In this document: positions 54,864 to 64,000 of the stretch, piece after piece | Position numbering within the stretch: position 1 is the stretch's first letter | Layout: the number at the start of each line of letters is the position of its first letter | IMG/VR virus record: IMGVR_UViG_2706795039_000001 | Location: 1 to 64,000 of that record | Length of the DNA stretch: 64,000 nt | Origin: a virus | Lineage: Duplodnaviria > Caudoviricetes | Direction: 5' to 3' (one strand) | Translations under genes and position numbers: made by a program | The notes under the pieces: model-generated | Seen by the model: the letters and a program-made list of their open reading frames with translations, nothing else | Databases searched by the model: none | What the model was told of the DNA's origin: nothing

Positions 54864-54892
54864 TTGACATTGATAATAAAATGTAATATACT
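54864..54892 (+). promoter_or_regulatory. Strong sigma70 promoter
   Basis: TTGACA-17-TATACT. Confidence 0.75.
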
Positions 54893-54898
54893 TATTAC

Positions 54899-55940
54899 TT
54901 AACTCAAAAGGCTCTGAAGAGCCTCTACTACTATTGCTCTTGTATACGCCAGGGGCAATAATAGTAGCATGCAGGAAAGCTCACCGAGGGTGGTGACTCC
55001 CCAACACACAAGTTATTTCGCAACGAGTATTTTGAGGCAGGTATAGTCCGTGAGGGCTAATTTACCTGATGGAAGGTGCGTAGCCCAGAGAGGTCTTGTT
55101 AACTTGGTAGTGTATGGACAAGAGAAGATACACTTGTGTAAGTAGCCGGGCTACTTACACGCCTAAGCCAAATAGCTAGGAGCTACGCGAGCCGTAGACC
55201 TAACCCACCAAAGTACGACACCAATGACGTCGGGCTATTAGTAAAGGTCTTGGAGAGTGAGTAAGCGAGCGAAGACGCATCCGGGGGGTACAGGCTAATT
55301 CCCCTCTGCCCAGTTGGTAAGCTGGCAAGGCGCTGATATGTGGTGGTAACTGGTCCGAGAATGACCCGCAAATGCCATAGCGGAGGTATGAAGCCCATAT
55401 CGCGAGCTGACGGAAGCCCCTAAAAAGGCTTTATGCAGGTCGAGCGTGAGACACAAACAGGAGGCCGGGCCCATGCAATGATGTCGTGACGAAGTGTGGG
55501 GGATATGGTTTGTTGTCGGATCGATGTAAGAGTGTAGTAGTAAATGCCGTAGGAAGCAAGTGTTATTTGAACGGTACTCACAGCCGGGGTGGAACTCCCG
55601 CATATCTAGGGATATGCATCAGATAATCTACGTACCTGCCCACCTAACGCGGGGGTAGCAGTATGGGAAGCGAAGCAGAGGAAGACCATTCAGGACGTAA
55701 CGAGCCTGAAACAACAAGCACCAGCGGATAAGATCCCTGGGTAGTAGCTGCGGTGAAGCTTGGGGTGACTAACCAACCGGGATAAAGGACTTTCCGGAAT
55801 AATCTTTTCATACGTAGAGAGAACAGCTATGAAGCGCGTCGAATTCCTATGAAGTCTTGACGGAGGAGGGCGCGATAAGTAGTGTAGACTCGGTACTAGG
55901 ATGTTGGCCTACAACGAAACACTGGAAAAATTCTTTTAAC
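54899..55940 (+). ncRNA. Candidate large (~1 kb) structured RNA / leader
   Basis: No + strand ORF in the track, looks GC-richer than its flanks, >15 hairpins, G-U pairs favouring the + strand. Confidence 0.55.
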
Positions 55941-55957
55941 TTAACTTGGAGTCTATA

Positions 55958-58750
55958 ATGCTAACGTTTATCGAAGGCATATTTAAGCCATACTTCTCTG
56001 GCTCGGAGTATATCGCTCCTGCTAGTATGGAGAAAGTTAGGCTTGCTAAGGTGTTTGACTCTCAAGGCAACTCAGTTGACCCGATTATGCCAAAGTTCTT
56101 TAACGTGGTAGAATCAGTTAACCCTAATGCTTTGGATCAAGCATTCAAATTAATCTCAGACTACCAAACCAACCCAGAGGTGGCGCTTGTGCGTGCAGCT
56201 CCGGTTGGCGCTATCCGTAGCATACGTAGGAACGCTGAGACATTTAACTGCTCTGTTAGGTCTAGAATTATTCACATGGACATAGATGGTATTTTTGAGG
56301 ATAGGGCACCTGTATCTCTAAAGGAGCAGGCTTTGATCTGCCTGGAATTCCTTAATGAGTTAGAGCCGGAAATCTTTCCTCTTGAAGCTGGATACATAGC
56401 AAAGGCTAGTGGTAGCTCAGGTATCAAGAAAGGAATCCGTCTTCACATGTACATGCAGAATGAGACGGCAGTCTCCAACGCTCAACTCAAGTATCTAGCA
56501 TACCGAGTGAATAAAAAATCTATGGAAAAACATGGATTTGAAATTCTCGATACATCTGTATATGATAAAGTTCATTTGATGTACACTGCTAACCCTGTTT
56601 TTGAAGATCCTCTTTTAGATCCATATAAGGACAAAGAGCGCTCTATCTATGTCGCAGGAAAATCTACTTTAATTCCAGATATAATGCCAGAATACAGAGG
56701 TATGGCTTCGTACACCCTGAAAAAAGAGCATTTCGACTTTATTACCGATATTGAAGGCTTCCATAGCTTCCCTAGCGAAGATTTTGAGAGGCGTATCGAC
56801 GTTCTACGAAATGCAAAAGACAACGTATTTATGCGGCATAGTATTTCTGTATACTGTGCTGCCTTAGAACAGGGTGTAGATATTAACTGGCTTGATGCAG
56901 AAGTAGAGAAGATTCTAGACGGATACGCTAATAGGAAGCGTTCATCAAAAATCTACATTAGCAACGCAAAGCAAGCAGCTTTAAAAATAATCCTAGCAAG
57001 GAGTCTGAGAAAGGTCGATTCAGATATAAGAATCTCTTCAGACCCTACTCATGGTAGTAGCCTACCTATAACTGAGCAGGAGACTAATAGCGCTGAAGCT
57101 GATAGATTCTTGAAAATTAATAGTCTACCCCCAGAAGGAGCAGTCACATTCATAAAAGCTAGCCTAGGGACTGGCAAAACAACTACTGTTCAATCATGGT
57201 TGAAAAGTGGCAAGTTCGAAGGAAGGTTCCTAGCTGTAACTAACACTGTCTCCTTAGTTGAAGGTAACGCCAAGAAGCTAGAGTCTGGCTGCTACAACAA
57301 GCTCAAAGACTTTACTGAATTTAGGGATGGTCAGACACATCGTATGTCAACCACTATTCACTCCTTGCATAGATTTTATGATACCATCACGCAGCGAGGT
57401 ATTGATATGCTATTCATTGATGAATGTGACGCAGTTATGAATGACATTTTATTTAGCGACTTAATCAAAGAAAGGGATAAGTGTATCAAGACACTTAAAC
57501 TTATCTTACAAGAAGCTAAGTATGTTGTACTATCTGACGGAGATATATCATCGGAAACAATAGAAGCTTATGCTAGGTTGTGTGACCCAGTAAAACCTGT
57601 GGTGATCTACAAACATGAACGTAGGATGCTAGAAGGGGCTAGGGCAATAGAGTTGATTGACGAAAACTCTGTGTGGGCTGCTTTACAAGGTTCGCTTGAT
57701 ATTGGCGAAAAGTGTCTGCTAGTTTCAGACTGCTCCCCAGATGAACTCAACGAAAAAGGTATTGCTCTGCGTGCCTCCACAGGTAGGAATATCAAAGAAG
57801 TGCATAAGAACTCTTCGCAAGATGCGGATATTAAGGAGATTCTTATGTATGGCAACGCTGCTCTTATTGGTCAGAATATCCAAGGATTATTATGTAGTCC
57901 TAGCGTGACTAGTGGCGTTGACTTTAATTACTTTGACTCCGTTTTCATTCTTACGCGGGATTCAGGCATCCACGCCCCAAACTTGCGCTTCCAAGCGCTA
58001 AGGCGCGACCGTGGCGCGAAGAATATCTACTACTTCACCAGCCCAATGACTGAAGGTTTCAGGGCTGGTGCGGATAAGTATGATGAAACACTTGGTTGGG
58101 CTTCACGTTGCAGAAGGATTTTTGCCAGAAGAAGGGAGAACGAGTGCCAGAAATACCGTTCTACCTTCAGGATGCTCTTAGTTGACCAGGGCTGTAAAAT
58201 CTCAATCGACCCTAGTCCTTGGGGTAAGATAGAAAGTGCAGCCTCTGTGTACAAAGAAGAGAGGATAAATGCAATCCTATCCGCAACACCATCCTTCTCA
58301 CTTCAACGTCACAACGATGCTTGGGAAATAAAAACCTTCATCACTAAATACTTTGACGATGTTGATGACATTGGGGACATTACTGCAAACCATGTAGAGA
58401 TGTGGCTGGAACTGAAACCACACGACAGAGCTAAGTTCTTCCACCGAGTGTTTAAGGATTATTGGAAGATTCTTAAACAGTGTACGCACTCATTTGAGCC
58501 TTTTGTAAAAGAGCTTAAAGAGAACCCTAACAAGTGGTATCAGTGTACGGGAATGGATGTACGTACTGAGAAGTGGCGTATAGCAAAAAACTTAAAGGCT
58601 ATGGGTATTGATGTAAAGCACCCAGGTAAATTCGACACTATTATTTCTTGGTATCGTACCTATTGCCAAATTGAGGGAATACAAATCCCGAAAGAGTTCA
58701 TGACCGAATCCGAGCTTTTCTTAGCAGGAGATAAAGATGCGTTGTTCTAA
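55958..58750 (+). CDS. obp: Replication origin-binding protein (primase-like N-terminus + SF2 helicase)
   Basis: ~930 aa; DID, S.S.G...RLH; ASLGTGKT, IDECD, SPS.TSGVDF, Q...R.R; T5 gene order. Confidence 0.85.
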   Translation: MLTFIEGIFKPYFSGSEYIAPASMEKVRLAKVFDSQGNSVDPIMPKFFNVVESVNPNALDQAFKLISDYQTNPEVALVRAAPVGAIRSIRRNAETFNCSVRSRIIHMDIDGIFEDRAPVSLKEQALICLEFLNELEPEIFPLEAGYIAKASGSSGIKKGIRLHMYMQNETAVSNAQLKYLAYRVNKKSMEKHGFEILDTSVYDKVHLMYTANPVFEDPLLDPYKDKERSIYVAGKSTLIPDIMPEYRGMASYTLKKEHFDFITDIEGFHSFPSEDFERRIDVLRNAKDNVFMRHSISVYCAALEQGVDINWLDAEVEKILDGYANRKRSSKIYISNAKQAALKIILARSLRKVDSDIRISSDPTHGSSLPITEQETNSAEADRFLKINSLPPEGAVTFIKASLGTGKTTTVQSWLKSGKFEGRFLAVTNTVSLVEGNAKKLESGCYNKLKDFTEFRDGQTHRMSTTIHSLHRFYDTITQRGIDMLFIDECDAVMNDILFSDLIKERDKCIKTLKLILQEAKYVVLSDGDISSETIEAYARLCDPVKPVVIYKHERRMLEGARAIELIDENSVWAALQGSLDIGEKCLLVSDCSPDELNEKGIALRASTGRNIKEVHKNSSQDADIKEILMYGNAALIGQNIQGLLCSPSVTSGVDFNYFDSVFILTRDSGIHAPNLRFQALRRDRGAKNIYYFTSPMTEGFRAGADKYDETLGWASRCRRIFARRRENECQKYRSTFRMLLVDQGCKISIDPSPWGKIESAASVYKEERINAILSATPSFSLQRHNDAWEIKTFITKYFDDVDDIGDITANHVEMWLELKPHDRAKFFHRVFKDYWKILKQCTHSFEPFVKELKENPNKWYQCTGMDVRTEKWRIAKNLKAMGIDVKHPGKFDTIISWYRTYCQIEGIQIPKEFMTESELFLAGDKDALF

Positions 58751-58979
58751 CCCAATAGATAAAGATGTTATAGGGCATGTAGAGTTCTTATTAAGAACTA
58801 GAAAATACTCGCCTCACGAGTTGAGGCGTATTATTGACTCTATAAACGGCCTATATGGTACTATGTATGACTACGGAGCCAAGAAGTTTAAGATGAAAGT
58901 CTGGAACTACTTTCCCACATACTCCTACCTTTGGGAAAACTGTATAGAGGTGGCTGATGAAAAAAGATTTATTATGTAG
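58737..58979 (+). CDS. Hypothetical protein
   Basis: AGGAG SD; follows obp. Confidence 0.7.
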   Translation: MRCSNPIDKDVIGHVEFLLRTRKYSPHELRRIIDSINGLYGTMYDYGAKKFKMKVWNYFPTYSYLWENCIEVADEKRFIM

Positions 58980-59230
58980 GGTTGTGCCACCTATCGTTGC
59001 TAGACACCCTGAGATACTTGACTTACCAAAGCGGACTCAAATAGCCTCAAACGTGGTACTCGCCAACAAATTAATAAAACAAAGAATTGCAGAACTGGTA
59101 GAGAGTAAGATATTATGTTCAAACTGACTTTACTTCAAATAGTTTTAGCAATTTTATGCGCGTTACTTACTGGTTACTCACTAACAGGGAAGCCTACGCT
59201 AGACTGGTCATTTATTAGAGGAAATACCGA

Positions 59231-59524
59231 ATGCGAATTCCACGAAAGAAACTAAAGAAGCTTTTAGAGCTAGGGTATGTATATGTTGCCCAGGACGGTG
59301 ACGGCGAGGTTGTCGCTTACAAGAATGAACCCACATTCGACGTAGTAGGTAACGGTGACAGTGCTAGTGACCTGTATTTCTGGTGCCCTAATCCTGCAGG
59401 CTCAGAGCAGTACGAAGTACTACCAAAACAATCCGAGTACCTAGAGATCAAAGACTATTTAACTGAAAAGCAGGTCAAAGCCTCACTTCAGAAAATTTCT
59501 GATTTGCTCAAAGATAAAAATTAA
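59231..59524 (+). CDS. Hypothetical protein
   Basis: YVAQD.DG.V.AY..EP motif. Confidence 0.7.
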   Translation: MRIPRKKLKKLLELGYVYVAQDGDGEVVAYKNEPTFDVVGNGDSASDLYFWCPNPAGSEQYEVLPKQSEYLEIKDYLTEKQVKASLQKISDLLKDKN

Positions 59525-59569
59525 TTTATAATAGTTCCATAAATTGATGAACACATAAGGAATCTTGCA

Positions 59570-60412
59570 ATGGCTCCAAGAGTTAAAGCTGACATTAGCG
59601 ACGAGCAATTCAAAAAAGCTATTGAATGGTTGGATAATGGTGGCACTAAGAAAGGAGCTTGCGAGATTCTTGGTGTCTCTAACAACAAAACAATGGAACA
59701 AAGAATAGCCGAGTGGAAATCGTCACAAGAGACTTCTGCTAGACTACGCAAGGAAAAAAGAAAGCAAGCGTGCTCTCCTGAAGAGCGAGCCAACCTTATC
59801 GAAGCGTACTTTGATGGGGACTCGTTCACGGATATTTCGGAACGTTTTTACCGTTCTGTTGCCTACGTTAAACACATCCTGTACCTGTCAGGTGCACTAT
59901 TGCGTGAAAATTCAGCTGAAGCTTCACCTCTGAATGTGCCACTACTACCGGACGAATGTGTTCTGCTAGAAGCAGATTTCCGTGTTAGAGAAAGAATATC
60001 TTTTGAGGCTGAGTCTCTGGCAGTTTTTGAGACTGAGAAGAAAAAGATCTTAGCTGAGCGTGGGTTGAAGCAATCTGATATTGTTGAAGTTCGTTCTCAT
60101 GCAGGTAAGTGGAACCCTCACTGTGCTATTGACATTAAGGGCGAAACCGTATGGCTCCCAGGCTATCAATGCCTAGCAGAAGTGGTTAAAGAAGTACCGT
60201 CAAAACATGGAAAAGCTTTCCGGCTGTATTTGCTAGACCAAGGAAACCACATGTACGTAAATTGCGTATATTGGGATATTGGTTCTTTACGTCACCTTGA
60301 GCTTCTGGGTGCGAAGATCAGTAGTCGGGGTAACTATACTCCAGCTACTCAATGTGTAGAAGCTATGAATGAAGCCTTGAAGAAGGCTAGAACCCAAAAA
60401 GATAACAAGTAA
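59570..60412 (+). CDS. D2: D2 DNA-binding protein
   Basis: FKKAIEWL.NGGTKKGACEILGVS; T5 position. Confidence 0.8.
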   Translation: MAPRVKADISDEQFKKAIEWLDNGGTKKGACEILGVSNNKTMEQRIAEWKSSQETSARLRKEKRKQACSPEERANLIEAYFDGDSFTDISERFYRSVAYVKHILYLSGALLRENSAEASPLNVPLLPDECVLLEADFRVRERISFEAESLAVFETEKKKILAERGLKQSDIVEVRSHAGKWNPHCAIDIKGETVWLPGYQCLAEVVKEVPSKHGKAFRLYLLDQGNHMYVNCVYWDIGSLRHLELLGAKISSRGNYTPATQCVEAMNEALKKARTQKDNK

Positions 60413-60425
60413 GGAATAAAACCTA

Positions 60426-60848
60426 ATGTCAAAGAATATCTGGACAGATGAACTACGAAAAGAAGCTGTAGACATGTACCTAGAGCGTATTGCAGAATAC
60501 GACGAAGATAAGCAGTCGGCTTTCTCAACAGAAGTTGTTGCAGGAATCGCTGAAGAGCTTCAAATGGCTAAAAACAGCGTTCGTGTAATCCTTCAGAAAG
60601 CTACTCGCCCAGACGGTACCCCTGTGTACATCAAGGCTAAGGCAGCTCCTAAAGCCAAAGCTGCTGGTGCTACTTCTGGAGCAGCTGGCAAGAAAGTATC
60701 TAAAGCAGATGCACATGCGGAACTTGTGTCAGCACTAAAAGACCACGGTGCAGAAGTATCTGACGAGCTGATGGAAGTTATTGAAAAAATGACTGGTAAA
60801 GCAGCTCAGCTAATCGCGGAAGCTATCCGTTCTCCAAGTGCCGAATAA
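60426..60848 (+). CDS. D3: D3 protein
   Basis: WTDEL...Y.ERI, VYIK, SKADAHA.L, IEKMTGKAA. Confidence 0.8.
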   Translation: MSKNIWTDELRKEAVDMYLERIAEYDEDKQSAFSTEVVAGIAEELQMAKNSVRVILQKATRPDGTPVYIKAKAAPKAKAAGATSGAAGKKVSKADAHAELVSALKDHGAEVSDELMEVIEKMTGKAAQLIAEAIRSPSAE

Positions 60849-60886
60849 TCGGCACTATCTAAAACCTAGACAAAGGCAGTAATTCT

Positions 60887-61201
60887 ATGAATATCACAGA
60901 AATTTTGGCTCAGGCAGACCAACACGGCGACTTTTACATGTACTACCCTAAGAAGGACTCTAAAGGAACTACTTACCTAGTAGGTACTTTGGATTTCGCA
61001 AACAAGTACATCCAGTCCAAAGTCGCGTCCGACCGCGTGACTCGCGGCACAGATCCGGACGCGCTACAGGCTGACCTCCAGAAACGCAACTCGATTCTGG
61101 TGTTTAGCTGGACTAATGACCGCTTCCGTATCCTGCCAGCCACTTCTGTAAAGAAAATGACTGCACTACGGGCGGAAATCCAAAGTGCGGGAAAACGATA
61201 G
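60887..61201 (+). CDS. Hypothetical protein (T5-like gene position)
   Basis: GTLDF.NKYI, LVFSWTND.FR. Confidence 0.7.
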   Translation: MNITEILAQADQHGDFYMYYPKKDSKGTTYLVGTLDFANKYIQSKVASDRVTRGTDPDALQADLQKRNSILVFSWTNDRFRILPATSVKKMTALRAEIQSAGKR

Positions 61202-61490
61202 CTTTGAAGGTCACGAAGAGCTAATAGAAGAAATAGTTTACGAGAACTTTGAAAAAGGTGAGCAGATCAGGCTCACCGTTACTGAGTTCCGTGATAACTA
61301 CTATTTAGGTCTAAGAAAGTGGGTAATAGATGCTGAGGACGATTGGTGTCCCACCTATCAGGGCTTCTCTTTCCCCTACAACCTTGCTACAACTAGCAAA
61401 CTCTTTTCAGCTCTTACCAAGATCCTGAGTAAGGCTGAAGTTCTACACGAGGTGCTAGATAATTTGAATTACCAAAAGCCGGGTCAGTAG
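61185..61490 (+). CDS. PC4-like ssDNA-binding / coactivator protein
   Basis: QIRLTV.EFR...YL.LRKW.....W.PT..G. Confidence 0.75.
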   Translation: MRENDSFEGHEELIEEIVYENFEKGEQIRLTVTEFRDNYYLGLRKWVIDAEDDWCPTYQGFSFPYNLATTSKLFSALTKILSKAEVLHEVLDNLNYQKPGQ

Positions 61491-61522
61491 ACTCCGGCTT
61501 TTTTATTTTATAGGAGTATACT

Positions 61523-61855
61523 ATGGAAGAAGTAGTAAAGATGGTACGATTCAAGGCAATTGCTGGAAGCGTTTCCGACCTGCCTGAAGAAAGTCAAAAA
61601 CAGTTTGAGTTAGCTGTGCCTCAACCAATTCACATCAACTACAACACGTTCATGGATAGTTGTGGAGAGATTACTCTAGCAAAAGTTCTAGAGAATGGCA
61701 GTGTATATGTGGAAGGTGTGGTAGAGGATCCATTGGTTGGTATTTATGTTGGCTTTTCAATGCGGCTAGTAGATGGTGGGGTAGTTGAACCTCTCTCGTA
61801 TGGGGCTTTCCTGCGTCATAAAGACGCCTGTGCAACAGTCATGGAAGCCATCTAA
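61523..61855 (+). CDS. Hypothetical protein
   Basis: AGGAG SD. Confidence 0.65.
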   Translation: MEEVVKMVRFKAIAGSVSDLPEESQKQFELAVPQPIHINYNTFMDSCGEITLAKVLENGSVYVEGVVEDPLVGIYVGFSMRLVDGGVVEPLSYGAFLRHKDACATVMEAI

Positions 61856-61856
61856 C

Positions 61857-62105
61857 ATGTTGAGAAAACCGAAAGACAGCCTAGTATGGAAAGCCTCAGA
61901 AGCATGTGACTACATTGCTGAAGGCTATCAAGTGGACTTAGTTATCCCAAGCGAAACTGTAATAGCAGCAGTAAGAGCACAAATAGCTATATTTCTCTGT
62001 ACTAGATATGGCTACTCTGCTAGCAATTCTCAGGCGTTGGTTGAAGAGAAGGTTCAATTTATTCGTAATTGCAAAACGCCTAGAAATAATGTTAAAATAG
62101 TCTAA
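61857..62105 (+). CDS. Hypothetical protein
   Basis: Likely start MLRKPK right after the previous stop. Confidence 0.6.
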   Translation: MLRKPKDSLVWKASEACDYIAEGYQVDLVIPSETVIAAVRAQIAIFLCTRYGYSASNSQALVEEKVQFIRNCKTPRNNVKIV

Positions 62106-62122
62106 TATAAATAGGAGGCTAT

Positions 62123-63085
62123 ATGCTAGATAAATTTATTTCACAATGCCAAGCTGCTTACTACCAAGGTGCTCCTATCATTTCAAATGAAGAGTACGAT
62201 GCCCTAGTACGGATAGACCCAGCCTCGGAGCATTTTATTGGGGAAGCGGGAGAAGTACCTCACGTATACCGGATGTACTCTCTTGAGAAGAAGTATCCAG
62301 GTCGCGGAGACGAGTTGCCTAATTTGGGCATCTACCAAGAAACACCTAAGCTTGACGGGTGCGCTGTCTCACATCTATACATTGATGGCAAATATGTTCG
62401 CAGTCTAACTCGTGGCGATGGTATAAAGGGGCGTGATGTTACAGCAAACCTATCTATGTTAGTGCCTGAGAAGCTGGACACGAATATGCACATCGTGCAG
62501 GTTACTGGTGAAGTCTGTACTACTGAAGAAGTGCAAAACCGACGTAATTTTGCTTCTGGAGCCGTAAACCTGAAGGATGTTACAGAGTTCAAAAGCCGAG
62601 TTGTAGAAGGTGGACTGATTTTTGTAGCGTATGGCTTTCAAGGGAATCGTGAAACAGATACCTACATAAACGATATGAGCTGGCTATCCTCACAAAAGTT
62701 CAACACCGTTCTAGATGAGTCTATCACATCTTTAGTCGAGTGTGGAGCCATTCCTACAGATGGCAAAGTCTATCGTATGATTTACAACAATAAATTCTAT
62801 GCTGCTGGGTTTACCTCCAAGTATCCAAAAGGTGCCTTTGCTGTAAAAGAGGACGAAGAAGGTATTTGGACAGTGCTAGAAGATGTTGTATGGCAAGTAG
62901 GTGGCTCGGGTAAGGTGACTCCAGTTGGTATCGTTAAAGAAGTAGTTATCGACGACGCAAAGATCACACGTGTAACACTAAACAACGTTGATTACATGGA
63001 AGCCATTGGGCTTACCCATATTGGCCAAGAAGTGAGTATCATTAGAGCTGGTGGTATTATCCCTAAAGTAATAGGAGTACGTTAA
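62123..63085 (+). CDS. ligA: NAD-dependent DNA ligase subunit A (split ligase)
   Basis: YY.G.P.IS..EYD, MYSL, KLDG, TRGDG..G, RN.ASG, DG.V, WQVG..G..TPV, RAG.IIP; lacks Zn/HhH/BRCT. Confidence 0.9.
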   Translation: MLDKFISQCQAAYYQGAPIISNEEYDALVRIDPASEHFIGEAGEVPHVYRMYSLEKKYPGRGDELPNLGIYQETPKLDGCAVSHLYIDGKYVRSLTRGDGIKGRDVTANLSMLVPEKLDTNMHIVQVTGEVCTTEEVQNRRNFASGAVNLKDVTEFKSRVVEGGLIFVAYGFQGNRETDTYINDMSWLSSQKFNTVLDESITSLVECGAIPTDGKVYRMIYNNKFYAAGFTSKYPKGAFAVKEDEEGIWTVLEDVVWQVGGSGKVTPVGIVKEVVIDDAKITRVTLNNVDYMEAIGLTHIGQEVSIIRAGGIIPKVIGVR

Positions 63086-63086
63086 G

Positions 63087-63308
63087 ATGGAAGATAAAAA
63101 AGAAGCCCCATTCTCTGAGGAAGAAGCCTTAATTATGCATCTACTTGCCGAGGCCTGGAATGCTTTCTGCAAGATAGAGAGTACCCACCCTTGCCACACG
63201 AAAGATTTTGCTGATGGTATACACAAATGTCAAGATATATTGATACACAAAATGGTTCAGAGGGAATACCCAGGAACCTTTCCAACTTACAAAAAGAACG
63301 AAAAGTAG
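63087..63308 (+). CDS. Hypothetical helical protein
   Basis: AGGAG SD; EAWN.F....HP....F..GIH.CQ. Confidence 0.65.
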   Translation: MEDKKEAPFSEEEALIMHLLAEAWNAFCKIESTHPCHTKDFADGIHKCQDILIHKMVQREYPGTFPTYKKNEK

Positions 63309-63919
63309 CTTGTTTAGTTGGTAGCAGGGATATAGACCTTACTGATGTGCGCAGAATAGCCACGATAGGCAAGCTACTAGACCGACTAGGGTATACTGGT
63401 AGGTCTGGAAATGCTGTTGGTAGTGATATTGAGTGGGATAAGCATCTACAGATGTTACACATCCTGCCGCATAATGGGCACAGGTCTTCAGAAGGCCTAC
63501 CTAAAAGGTATCACGACAACGTAAACTACGTGGCACTAGAAGTATGCCCCTTACATATAAGGGAGCAGGCTCTGAGGATTATCCGGCCTATTATCCGTAA
63601 TTTTGATGATAGGCCTGAGTCCCACCGTAACCTACATCTCAGAAACGTGTTCCAGCCGCTAGGCTTGGACTTAAAAGACCACGCTAGGTTAACCGTATAC
63701 ACAGCCCCTGAAACACGCTATGGTACTGTAGCTGGAGGTACCAGGTCTGCTGTCATGATTAGTAGAAACTATGGTATTCCTACCTATAATTTAAGAATCG
63801 ACTCGCAATTTTACCAGTTAAAAGAGATTCTTGAGAATGAATTAAAAACCCAAATTGACAACGATAACAAGTCGTATTATAATACTGATTCAACGTTAGG
63901 GAACTTTTGTTCAACCTGA
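63227..63919 (+). CDS. DprA / SLOG-like nucleotide-binding protein
   Basis: VGSR, RSGNA.G.D, RN..Q.LG, GGT..A......IP.YNL; start uncertain. Confidence 0.7.
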   Translation: MSRYIDTQNGSEGIPRNLSNLQKERKVACLVGSRDIDLTDVRRIATIGKLLDRLGYTGRSGNAVGSDIEWDKHLQMLHILPHNGHRSSEGLPKRYHDNVNYVALEVCPLHIREQALRIIRPIIRNFDDRPESHRNLHLRNVFQPLGLDLKDHARLTVYTAPETRYGTVAGGTRSAVMISRNYGIPTYNLRIDSQFYQLKEILENELKTQIDNDNKSYYNTDSTLGNFCST

Positions 63920-64000
63920 GCAGCTAAGAGTAAAAAAGTGAAAAACTTAATTGCTATGCAGCTTAGTTATTGTTATAATAGTTCCATAAAGTTGAGGAGA

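Noticed and set aside
54899-55940. Group II intron (GTGCG at ~55076) and minus-strand ORFs 55183-55398, 55295-55603
   Set aside because: No domain V/VI or RT ORF and no interrupted gene; the ORFs are antisense to a strong promoter, lack SDs and have atypical composition
63087-63308. Anti-CBASS Acb2-like sponge
   Set aside because: Only size and helical character match; the characteristic motifs are not recognisable
1896-63462. Numerous short ORFs antisense to or nested in well-supported genes (e.g. 1896-2147, 13144-13407, 20415-20660, 36458-36697, 57607-57855, 62332-62592)
   Set aside because: Shadow frames of real genes with no SD or motifs

Overview
Left ~64 kb of a T5-like lytic siphophage genome (Demerecviridae). 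The host is most likely a Vibrio, inferred from Vibrio chromosome-II-type parS2 sites. Layout: (i) pre-early/first-step-transfer (FST) region with dmp, A1, A2 and small divergent genes (1-7.1 kb); (ii) repeat-rich injection-stop-like region (7.2-8.5 kb); (iii) a long leftward early region with fused terminator/promoter cassettes, an NAD+-reconstitution (NARP1-like) operon with an inserted macrodomain gene, lysis genes, dNMP kinase, 11 canonical tRNAs interleaved with many non-tRNA structured RNAs, DHFR/ThyA, RNase H, NADAR, PhoH, aerobic and anaerobic RNRs, and a group I intron with an HNH gene in nrdD; (iv) the start of the rightward replication module (origin-binding helicase, D2, D3, split NAD ligase A). 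Highlights: the first-injected DNA carries both parS1- and parS2-type host centromere sites, LexA, DnaA, sigma54 and Fur-like boxes and an apparent GATC excess, suggesting host-chromosome mimicry; a promoter-driven, ORF-free, densely structured ~1 kb RNA lies upstream of the origin-binding helicase; and a tRNA-Ala body with a broken acceptor end runs into an extra structured domain. All calls come from reading motifs by eye; no searches or folding programs were run.
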